From the NCBI RefSeq assembly GCF_902459465.1, contig NC_047069.1:16864001-16928000 (forward strand): a DNA stretch of 64,000 bases. Direction: 5' to 3'. The stretch comes from Asterias rubens. Its lineage: Eukaryota. Of this stretch, positions 1 to 10,129 are shown piece by piece. The stretch's first letter is position 1. Each line of letters begins with the position of its first letter. Made by a program: the position numbers and the translations under genes. The notes under the pieces were generated by a model, which did no database searches, was not told the DNA's origin, and saw only the letters and a program-made list of their open reading frames with translations.

Positions 1-97
1 GGGTCGACTTCATGTAAATCATTGCTGCTCAGTCACCTGAACATGTACATCCCAATATATGGAGATAATGCAGTATTTCACCAGAACCAGAACTTAC

Positions 98-276
98 TAA
101 ATTCATGAGTTTCTTGTGGATGTCGTCAAAGAATCCCGTCTCCTCAGTATAAGTCACAGCCCAGCGGAGGACTTCTCGTAGCTGTTTCTTCTTGCTGTAC
201 AGACTGTGTGTGATGTCGGGAAGTCGTAGAGTTATGTCTCCAAAGAAGGCAAGGTTTTCAAGAAGTAGTGACAGAC
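98..276 (-). CDS. CCDC134: CCDC134 coding exon 4
   Basis: Encodes GLSLLLENLAFFGDITLRLP...KLMNL; donor GTAAGT. Confidence 0.88.
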
Positions 277-3200
277 CTGATGGTAAAACAAAGTTGAAAG
301 TTTACTTAACAGGGGAAAGTTCCAGCTAAATAAGATGTTTCTTTTTTTAGATTATCATATTGGACAAGAGTTTTGTTACTAAAGATTTGTCAAGGCGCTG
401 TTTGAGATTTTGTAGGATCTTAATTCTCACCTTCTTTGGATGTCTCATCTGTTGGGAAGGACATTCCTGGGCTGAAACCGGACTCTGACAGCTTGTTTCG
501 GGACTCAGATAAAATCTAGCATACAAAAAGAGAACAAAATCAAAATCAAAATTATTTATTTCATTAGCCGCCTACTGTCTGACCATTCAATATCATCCAC
601 TGTGGTCTTCAATGATAGAGAAACTTTGTCAGTCTGCAATTATTGTATCATGTTGTGAATGCGTTACACAAAGTCAACCCTCCTACTGTCTGACCATTCA
701 ATATCATCCACTGTGGTTTTGAATGATAGAGAAACTGCATCAGTCTGCAATTATTGTATCATGTTGTGAATGCATTACACAAAGTCAACCCTTCTACTGT
801 CTGACCATTCAATATCATCCACTGTGGTTTTGAATGATAGATAGAATGATATGCAAGCCTACAATTATGTCATGTGGTGAATGCATCACATCGATACACA
901 CAAGCACAATGCCATACTACACCCAATAATGCAATTGAACAAGTTCAGATGTTGGGTCGTAAACTCATTGGAAAATATGACCAAGGGTGAGGGTTTGGGA
1001 TTGCCCAGCATAATTTGATGATTGTATTGAAACATGAATTTGTGCATTTTGTTTTACCTCATTTGGAAGATGGAGTGAGGTGGAGAGCCAGTCCACCTAG
1101 ATTCAAAATGGAAAAGGGTTCTTCCAGGGGACATTTTATAGAGCTCTGAAATATTTCTTAAGCATTTTCTGCTTATTAAAAAAGTAGAAGGAAACCAGCC
1201 AAAGATGCTACATATTATTTAAGCTTGGAACCTCATTTTGGTTAGCAAAATTATTTTGTGCTTATTAGTAAATGAAATAAAACCACTGGTTGTGGATAAA
1301 AAGCTATGTATCAGTCTTGCAAACTCAAACCAAATGCTTCGTTGAAACACACCAATTTCTTTCCTGAAAACATGTCAATGCCCTCAAAAAGGAGAGTGCG
1401 TGACTTTGCAATACTGAGAAATTAAAAAGAAGCAGATCAGCTGAAGAAGCCAATTATGTGAAAGCAATATCAATCGGAACCCAAGATTTCCAAATGGTTA
1501 AAACTTGTTCTGTCTATAGAGTGGAACACGTACCTGTTGCATTTTATCAAACAGCATATCAATCAATTTAAACTGCTGTTGGTAGTCATAGCTGGCCAAA
1601 ATGCTCTGCGTCGCTTCCTGCTGCTGAAGTCTCTTTTGGTGGAAAAGCTTCTGAACTAATAGAAGTTAAGGCATTGTCCAAATTATATAATCAGAGTTAT
1701 ACACTCTTTTAAAATTTTGTCAATTCAAATGAAAATGAAATTAAAATATTTAGTGTAGTTGTTAGCAAGGCACTCCATAGTTTATTAGTTACACTGACCC
1801 TTAATGTTAAGGTCATAGATCACACTGCTGTACGACTTGTGTATGTTTGTAGTTGTCTTTCCGAACCACAAACACTGAAGCAGCCAAGTTGTCTTTACTC
1901 AGTTCTTAGTATCTGAAAGCGAACAAATTTGTGCGAACAAGTTTCTTGCAACTTCGACGACCAAACAAGTCCAAATTTTCACAGATTTCTAATTTCATGT
2001 ACATGTACATTGTATAATGTTGGGATATACACCAAGTGAGAATACTATGTCTTTGACAATTACCAATAGTCAATAGTGTCCAGTGTCTTTAAAGACCGTC
2101 TTGAGAAGCTAACTTAAAAAGGGTGTATGTACTTTTTGACGAACAAAAAACACAATGTCCACAGATTTACACTAAACTTACACAGTTTGAAGATAATGAT
2201 AGTAAAAAGCTTCCCTGAAAATACTACGTGCTGAGGTGCTGTAGTTTTTTGGGAAATAAGTAAAACAGTGTCATGAAAACAATTTTGGTCTCATGAGACG
2301 AAAATTATTTTAAGCATTTACAAACAAATTTTCATGACATTGTTTAACTCATTTCTCAAAAACTACAGCACCTCAGTAAGTAATATTTGAAGGGAAGCTT
2401 TCCACTATCATTATCTTTCATAGTGACGTCATGCAGCTGGGGGCAGCCCCCAAGTGACCCACTCCACTATCATTATCTTCAAACCCTGTAAGTTTAATGT
2501 AAATCTATGGAAATTTTTAAAAAGTACCCAAATCCTTTAAAGCCATTGGACCCTTTCAGTCCAGAATTTTTTTTTTAAGTTCACAGATTTACAAATAACT
2601 TACAGGGTTTACAGAAGGTAGTGGTGCGAGCGAGACTTCTCTTGAAATATTATTCCATGAAATGCTTTACTTTTTGAGAAAACAGTAAAACAATATCAAT
2701 TCTCGTCAGCGAGAATTACGGATTTATTTTAAACACCATGTCCTGACCACGGCGAAACGCGCGGATACAAGGGTGGGTTTTCCCGTTATTTTCTCCCGAC
2801 TCCGATGGCCGATTGAGCCTAAATTTTAACAGGTTTGTTATTTGATATAGAAGTTGTGATACATAAAGTGTGGGCCTTGGACAATACTGTTTACCGAAAG
2901 GGTCCTATGGCTTTAAGGTGGTTCAGTGAAGTAACCCCCCCCCCAAAAAAAAAAACAGATTGTTGGCACTACCACGGTCTTATATCAATGTATTAAATCA
3001 CTTAAATCCAACATGACTCCTATTATGATCAATTTTGATACGTTATCATAAAGTACACAATACTGTGCACACAAATAATTTGGCCCATTGTCAAGGAAGG
3101 GCTTGATCAAATATCTGAAAATATTCAGGCAATTAATTGTTCATTGTCATCTAGTATATGTGACCCAGTTCTAACCATCGTATGATGTCCGTCTACCCAT

Positions 3201-4005
3201 GGTGTGATATCGTGAACCCTGTAGCTGTAAGGTGAATGGAATCATCATCAAACTATCGGGCAACATGGTTTGAGTTCACCTTAATCACAGGCCTGGAACT
3301 TCATTGCTATTGTAATACTAACAGAGGGCAAGGTGTGACTATGAAAAAAACTATACCTCATTCATTGTTTTTGTAATTTAAGTGACATTAGATCTAGAAG
3401 TATTTGTAACCTAAAACTTGAAAACCTTGATCCTTGACCTTGCAATGGCCTTATATTTTAGACACAGACTGTCCGAAAGGTCGAGGTCGAATGCTTCAAC
3501 AATGCACCTACTTTGAAGGACACTCATCATATGCTCTACATATGTACATGTCCACCTGCTACTTTGTCCTTCTCGTCTCCTATTAATTATGATGAGTCAT
3601 AACTCTGACCTCCCGCTTCATGGTGGAACAAACTCAGCATAGTTTTAAGAAAGAGGAATGTTATTGACATTCGTTTATCATTTTATGGTCCTGAAAAAAA
3701 GGCTGAATGAATGGGGTAATCAAATAATCAAAGAAGATGGATTAGGCCCATTGTTATGGTACTTTTAAATTCCATTTTGGGGCAATTTTTTGTATGCAAA
3801 GTAACTGTTGAGTTTGGGTTATTATTGTTAATCCTGCATTGCACAGATCACAAATCTAAACATTGATAAAAAGGATACACCGTTTGAGCTCTATGTCACT
3901 TTCTCCACTGCTTTCCTTCTTAACATTAGCACCATCATCATTTTCTTGCCCCCAAACATGCGATGATATAATCAGCAACTGAAGAGAGATCCACGTAAGC
4001 TCCAT
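98..4005 (-). CDS. CCDC134: Coiled-coil domain-containing protein 134 (ER-luminal/secreted), partial at 3' end; coding exons 4005-3879, 1655-1534, 515-431, 276-98
   Basis: Spliced translation MELTWISLQLLIISSHVWG(signal peptide-like)...FQKLFHQKRLQQQEA...QQFKLIDMLFDKMQQ ILSESRNKL...FPTDETSKE GLSLLLENLAFFGDITLRLPDI...LRWAV. This matches the recalled CCDC134 motifs ENTAFFGDVVLRFP and YKKMFEVKR. Phases 1,0,1,0 are consistent. Confidence 0.88.
431..515 (-). CDS. CCDC134: CCDC134 coding exon 3
   Basis: Encodes ILSESRNKLSESGFSPGMSFPTDETSKE; donor GTGAGA. Confidence 0.85.
571..840. repeat. Tandem repeat, 111-bp unit, about 2.5 copies
   Basis: CTACTGTCTGACCATTCAATATCATCCACTGTGG recurs at about 572, 683 and 794. 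Confidence 0.9.
1534..1655 (-). CDS. CCDC134: CCDC134 coding exon 2
   Basis: TAG acceptor at 1658-1656, donor GTACGT; encodes (F)QKLFHQKR...KMQQ. Confidence 0.85.
1935..2092. mobile_element. TTAA MITE family A, right-hand fragment
   Basis: Ends GACAATTACCAATAG...TGTCCAGTGTCTTTAA like full family A copies. Confidence 0.75.
2114..2540. mobile_element. TTAA MITE family B (long internal palindrome)
   Basis: TTAA-AAAGGGTGTATGTAC ... GTACCCAAATCCT-TTAA; similar copies at about 25358-25772 and 47049-47428. Confidence 0.8.
2537..2916. mobile_element. TTAA MITE family C
   Basis: TIR TTAAAGCCATTGGACCCTTTC / GAAAGGGTCCTATGGCTTTAA; second copy at 24658-25035. Confidence 0.85.
3879..4005 (-). CDS. CCDC134: CCDC134 coding exon 1 (ATG, signal peptide)
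   Basis: ATG at 4005, hydrophobic N-terminus, donor GTATCCTTT at 3878. Confidence 0.8.
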
Positions 4006-4423
4006 TCTTAACAAATAAACCACCGTCGCTTCGTAAACTTGTGCAAAAAACACGAAACCATCAAATAATATCTGCAGGCTGGCCAAGCACACGACGACAT
4101 CCACTCTCCGACCCCTCTACTGCAGCACGTGTTTGTTTATGATTGTTTCAGTGAGTAAATCATGTGACCAAACAGCTGTTCAGGCACAGTCTCTGTTTCG
4201 TGTCGCTAACTAGTCTTGGCCCAAGACGTCAGTGATCGATAGTGGATGCAAGAGGGCGCGCTGTTATTCAAGCAGATTGCAAAACATTGAGGTTGGTTCA
4301 AAAGAGGGCGCTGTCAAAAAACATGCAACTGTTCCCAGTGGTTTAACTACTTCCTTTGTTCGGCTTATGATTGTCAGATACAGAGCGTTCATATTTACAA
4401 TTTTATTGGGCCTCTTCAACCAT

Positions 4424-5700
4424 AAAAAGGCTCAGGTTATACCCATAAATAAAAAAGGCTGCAAGCATGATGTTGGAAATTATAGACCCATTTCTGTTTT
4501 ATCAACGTTTTCGAAATTATTTGAAACGTTAATTATACCCGATTGATTTTGTTAATCCCAGTTTGGCTTTAGACGTAACCGCTCGACTGATCTAGCTACA
4601 TCTTTGGCTGTTAATAACTTGTACAATGATCTGATTTTTCAGTTGGCATTATTCTGGATTTATCTAAAGCATTTGATACAATTAACCATGATATCTTGAT
4701 GCGGACATTAATAGCGCTTGACTTGTTTAAAAGTTACTAATGTGATAGATCACAATATGTTTTGTATAATTCTGTAAAATCTTCTGAACGGCCTTTTACT
4801 TGCGGTGTACCTCAAGGCTTCGTTCTGGGTCCCTTATTATTTATCTTGTTCATTATTAAGATCTGCAATACGTTAGGAATTTGCGGATGACCCATGTTTG
4901 TTGTGATAAAAATGTAGACTTAGCTGTGCACAACCAACATTGAGTTCAGGGTAATCACTTCTTAGCTTTTAGCAAATAAATTATGTATAAACGTTCTCAA
5001 ATCAAGTTGTGCTAGCCAGTCCAAGTGCACTCAGTCTGTTCCTTTAATTCTGAATAATGCCAATCTTGAGCAGGTTAAGGGTACTAAATTTCTGGAAATT
5101 CATACCGATGAAAATTTGACTTGGAAGGAGCATATTGGCACTACAGCAGTTAAAATATCTAGAAATAATAGGAATAATGAATCGGCTAAACAAATTCCTT
5201 CCTTGTAGCATATTATTACTGACCTTGTACAACTCTTTTATTTTACCTTATCTTTATTACGCAATTTTGGCATGGGGAAGTAAAACTCCTAAATGTAATA
5301 AACTTCTCACTCTCCAGAAACGTGCAGTTCGGGTTATTTCCAAAGCGGACTATTGTGAGCACTCTGGGCCTCTCTTTTGTAATTTATAACTGTTAAAATT
5401 CGTTGAACTTTATCATCTTAACTTAGAAACGTTTATGTATAGATATATGAATAATCTTTTACCTGCTTGTTTCAAGTCCAGTTTTACACTAACAAATCTC
5501 AAACATCCGATCCTATTATACCCGTAGCGCTGCTAGGAAAAACCTGTTTTTTAACTATCGTACGAACCTCGTTGTCAATAAATGGTGTTGTCCAGCGTGG
5601 CACTTTATTTTGGAATAGTCTAGATGACTCTTTTAAATCACTGCGTACTCTCTCAACTTTAACCAAAAAACTTAAAACTCGTTTTCTTAGTGAATATTAA
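4424..5700 (+). mobile_element. Decayed 5'-truncated non-LTR retrotransposon (CR1/L2/Jockey-group ORF2 reverse transcriptase)
   Basis: Frameshifted fragments KAQVIPINKKG..GNYRPISVLSTFSKLFE, QFGFRRNRST, DLSKAFDTINH, GVPQG..LGPLLF, FADD-like motif, LYNSFILPYLYY..AWG..LQKRAVRVI. Confidence 0.88.
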
Positions 5701-6036
5701 GATTCTGATGTTTATTTTTGTGTGTAGAAATTGTAACGGCTTTATGTTCTGTCTTACACCTGTCAGTTTTGTCCTGTTAGTTTTGTCCTGTATTTTTAAT
5801 GTATGTCTGTTTTTTGGTCTGTGGAACAAAAGCTGTGCTTCTCCCCGGACCTATATATTGCCTTTTGTCTAAAGTTTCACCTTTTAATAGTTTATTATAA
5901 ATTTTATATTAAACATAAATTTGATCCATATTACTCTGCGTTATACCCCATTGTTGCACATTGAATAAACGTTTATATCTACTATTTATTGCCATCTACT
6001 GGGGTAAGCATGGCAGTTCACTGTACTGACTTTGTT

Positions 6037-6397
6037 TTAAAGCGAATGTACACGTTTGGTAATTGTCAAAGACCAGTCTTCTCACTTTATGCATAAAATA
6101 ACAAGCCTGTGAAAATTTGGGCTCAATTGGTCATCGAAATTGCGAGATAATGATGAGATAAAAAACATCCTTGTTGGACGAATTGGTGTGCTTTCAGATA
6201 GGAATAAAAGACTTCTAGCTAGAAGTATTTTATTATTTTAGTGCGAAATTACTTCTTTGTCAAAAAATACATTACTTCAGAGGGAGTCGTTTCCCACAAT
6301 GTTTATACTATCAACAGCTCTCCAATGCTCGTTACCAAGTCAGTTTTTACGTTAATATTTGTTTTGAGTAATTTCCAAACGTGTACCTTCCCTTTAA
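6037..6397. mobile_element. TTAA MITE subfamily A2
   Basis: Ends GTACACGTTTGGTAATT / AATTTCCAAACGTGTACCTTCCCTTTAA; similar to 37787-38202. Confidence 0.85.
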
Positions 6398-7189
6398 CAG
6401 AAACATAAAATCCCAAGGTGCCTCAGTGCCCGGGGCACATAACAAAAAGGTCTATCTGCAAACTTGACTTGCGGCGCGAAAACCTGGCAGCGAATCTGGC
6501 TTAAGACATTTATTGGCATTCAACCGCCCTATGGGCGTCAAACCTGTAGACGCTCTCTGGTCTATCTAGGGAGTCTGAGGGGTGATGTGCCCCCCCCCCC
6601 CTCTCAGATGTTGGAATTCTTAACATTTTCAAGCTATGAAATCTTTACGGGATGGGTCCGGGCCCGCTTAATAATGTTAGTTTGTTTGCAGGGCCCAAAT
6701 AGAAACCAATTATTTTTTACTAACCCGGTTAACCCTGGGTAAATAAAAGAAATACATAAATAAGGGGGATGGGCGAGTCGTTCACGTTGTTAGTTAGAAG
6801 GTATTGCAAACGTCGTATGGTTGTGGGCAAGGTCTCCTGTCCAGGTTGAACTCATTGTGAGAAAATCATTGTCAATTGCACTATGTATCTTATAACAGTT
6901 GAATCTGTGGTTTATTATTTTCTTTTTACAAAATACAACCAGAATGTATTATCACCAAACCCCAAAAATACTTTTAAAGCTCTCATAAAGAAGAAAACAA
7001 AAATGCAAGAAAACAGCTACAACAGGTTTAACTACACTTTTTCACAATTCACTTTTTTTTTTATACATAGCATTTTTTCTTAAAGTTGTCTATAAAGTGT
7101 TAAAATCATGCTATTTTTCTTCATAAAATATTGTTTGGGGCACAAAGTTAGAAACTGGTGAACTTAGAACAAAATTAATTACCTTTTTT

Positions 7190-7510
7190 GTCCAAGACAA
7201 GTCTTCTCACTTATTCTAAACATAATTATGCATAAAAATAATAATAAACCTCGTGAAAAATTGTGAGAGAATAATGGAAGAAGAAACGAGTAGTGTGTTT
7301 TGATGCTTGACTCCGAGACCTCAGCCCAGTTCTCAGATTCAATTCAAATAATTATTATTTTAGTGAGAAATAACTTCTTTCTTAAAAGCTACGTTACTTC
7401 AGAGCGGCGTTTTTCACAATGTGTTATACTATCAACAGATCTCCATTGCTTGGTACCAAGTAAGTTTGTATGCTATCAATTATTCCGAGTAATTACCAAT
7501 AGTGTCCATG
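7190..7510. mobile_element. TTAA MITE family A, degenerate
   Basis: Internal family A modules and the terminal GAGTAATTACCAATAGTGTCCA. Confidence 0.7.
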
Positions 7511-7808
7511 GGGGAATTATTCCAACATAGACATATTCCCGATGAATTATTACAAACATGCATCTTAAAGTGTCTGTAGATGTTTAAAATATGAATCTGA
7601 AAATTAATGGCAATAAACAGTTGTTATCGTAAGAGTTTGAGCAGCTTTGGCTGCATTTTTAGTTTACTTCGAGGTACACGGTTGTGTAAAAAGATATCAC
7701 TCCGTTTCCCCCAAATTACTCACAAGAAGCGTTTTTTTTTTATCGCTCTGTGATCGTTAATAATCCCGGTGTCGCCGTCTTTATAACCGTTCGAACACCG
7801 CCCTCTAC

Positions 7809-7989
7809 CTATTTGACCTTGATTGGCACCATGGCTTTTTTGCAGTCCTCGCCCTTTACGTATACACTATCCAGCGCGTTTCAAGAACTTCCCACAAACC
7901 CTTCTTAGTCAGTTCCTCTACGGCTGCGTCCAACTTGTCTTTGAAAACAATCAGTCCCTTTTCAGTAACAGTAAATATGATGAAACCAC
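7809..7989 (-). pseudogene. Orphan terminal exon resembling a METTL27-like methyltransferase C-terminus, frameshifted
   Basis: CAG acceptor, then GGFIIFTVTEKGLIVFKDKLDAAVEELTKKGLWEVLE, which resembles recalled METTL27 PGGLVCLTTR...YKEALEATLDRLEQAGMWE; a shifted frame continues DSVYVKGEDCKKAMVPIKVK-stop; no upstream exons found. Confidence 0.4.
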
Positions 7990-8269
7990 CTGGCATGGAC
8001 ACAAAATTATGAAGTGTTATAGTTACATTCATTGCCAACTTTAAGTAGCTACTACTGTGTTTGTTGGACAAGAACATTGTTTATACTTCAAAATGAACAA
8101 TCAACGCCAGGTGTGTCAGTAGGTTCTGTCCCCGGTACACGAGTCAACAACTACTAAAACAGCCAGTAAAGGATGATCTCAGTATTTCAACTATTACCCT
8201 TTTATGGCCAAATAGATATCGTACCGGTTAATAACCATTAAGTTTAAAAAAATAATATATAAAGTTGTT

Positions 8270-8580
8270 TGGGGGCTGACTCCGCCTACCCCTTTTGTGA
8301 CGTCAATCGAGGCAGACTTTGCCTGCAATGCGTGCAAAGTACATGTATGTCCAAGTCGTGAGTTGGTACGTGTCAAAAAGTGTTTTTCTGCATTCAGCAG
8401 CAATACACCTGGTCGGCATTGCCGAAAAAAACACAAAAAAATCTTTTTTTGAAACGTACAAACTCACGACTTGGTCCGTACATGTACTTTGCAATTGTGT
8501 TTACTCTACGCATTACAGGCAAAGTCTGCCTCGATTGACGTCACAAACAGCGCCCTCTCGGGTCGGGGTCTACTCTTAAA
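8270..8580. mobile_element. Palindromic MITE-like element
   Basis: Inverted arms TTTGTGACGTCAATCGAGGCAGACTTTGCCTG / CAGGCAAAGTCTGCCTCGATTGACGTCACAAA; right end ...GGGTCTACTCTTAA. Confidence 0.7.
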
Positions 8581-8829
8581 TTTGTAAATAACATAACAAC
8601 TGATTTTTTAAAACCTTAGTTAACTGTTTATTCACATTCCACTCATCAAAACACAAAGTGACAAAAGCTTTATTTAAAAAAAAAAATACCACTTCCAGGG
8701 GACTTTAATATTAATTATTTTATACACTTTGGGCATTTTATGTTTTATTGATAAAAACTTACGAGTTAAAATGCTTGTTGAATTTTCGTATAATAAAGAA
8801 AGTTTTATTTTCTGACATCTGTCTACTGA

Positions 8830-9110
8830 ATTTTTGGCGGCACACCATTTTGGCAAACTGGTAGAAAACCTCTATTGGGCCAATATTGGTTTTGTAGCTG
8901 CACATAGACAATCTTTTCTGGGCCAATACTGTTTTTTATTTTAGCGCCACGCCATTTTGGCAAAATGATAGAGCAAACTTTTTGGGCCAATACTGGTTTC
9001 GAAGTGGCACACCATTTTGGCAAATAATGGTATAAAAAAAAACTGTTCTATGCCAATAGGCCTACTGATTTTGTTACGGCGCACCATTGGGCCGGCATTG
9101 AACCGACATT
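8830..9110. repeat. Degenerate short-period repeat (CCATTTTGGCAAA and GGGCCAATAC motifs)
   Basis: CACCATTTTGGCAAA-type motif occurs 3 times, interleaved with TGGGCCAATA(C/T)TG. Confidence 0.6.
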
Positions 9111-9938
9111 GGTCATAATATGCAATTTTCAAGGCAGGGTGTTAAAGCTGTGCCACAAGATGGCTTAAGATTGTGAAAACAATTAAAAACTGAAAAAATA
9201 ATGTAATTTGTTGGAATTGTTTGCTATAAAATACCCAAAAAATTGTAGATATTAATAAATCTTGATTGCAACAATGTAATAATTTGGAATAACTGATAAG
9301 CAGTGCTTATTATACAGCATATTAGACTGTAGACTGTTTGTATTGTGTATAGTGACATGGATATAATATGTGTTTGAGTGTGCAATTAGTAGAAGATTTA
9401 AAGATATTGGACACTATTGGATTGTAAGACTAGCTTTCTCACTTGGTGTATCACAACATCAACGGTTTTGCATTTTGCAATAGTGTCCGCCCGGAGGCGG
9501 ACGCTGTTGCATATTGCATGTGCAGTTGTGTCCGCCCCGTGCAAAACCGTCCTTGCAGTAAATTAAACGCCCTTAATACTTTCGGCATTTGTTAACAAGC
9601 TATAAAAAAAAAAAGTGACATGTCATGAATGACATGGGAAATGTTCGGCCGTTGGGTATTCGCTGCAATCAGCGGAAGCGCGCCCTCAATAGAACATTAT
9701 GAGGATTTTTTTTCTGGCCTCCGAAAAATAGTCAGGTAACCAAAAATGCGGAAAAACAGTGTATACACTGCCTTATCGACGTCGGGATACAGGAAATTCA
9801 TTGAAGGTTTGATGAATTTGTGTGAAATCATCGTAGGCCTACTTTTTTTTATCTACCGTAAAAATTATCGTTTCCAGCAAATTTCATCCAGAATTTGCCC
9901 CCAAAACAACCTAGTCAATGATCTCATGATCTGAGACA

Positions 9939-10129
9939 ATGATTTGGACTATTTTAATTGCGCTCACTGTGTGGGCTTCGCCGTGTTTCACGGAGGAACT
10001 TGAAGAGGGCAAGTTGAACGACACATTCGTTGTGGAAGGTAAAGTGTTGGTGACTGGTGTTAAAGCAAGCGACTGGATCCCACATACGAGGATATTGGTT
10101 GATGGCGGCCAGTACGTAGGATTTCTTAG
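9939..10129 (+). CDS. EMC7: EMC7 exon 1
   Basis: ATG at 9939; donor AG/GTAAGT. Confidence 0.93.

Larger units (their letters stand above)
1656..3878 (-). other. U12-type (minor spliceosome) GT-AG intron of CCDC134
   Basis: 5' site GTATCCTTTT; branch site TGCCTTAAC with CCTTAAC at 1671-1665, 9 nt before the end of the intron; no polypyrimidine tract; phase 1. Confidence 0.85.

Noticed and set aside
1-36. Next CCDC134 exon after a 61-nt intron
   Set aside because: Gives VTEQQ-stop without the expected conserved C-terminus; the true exon probably lies outside the window
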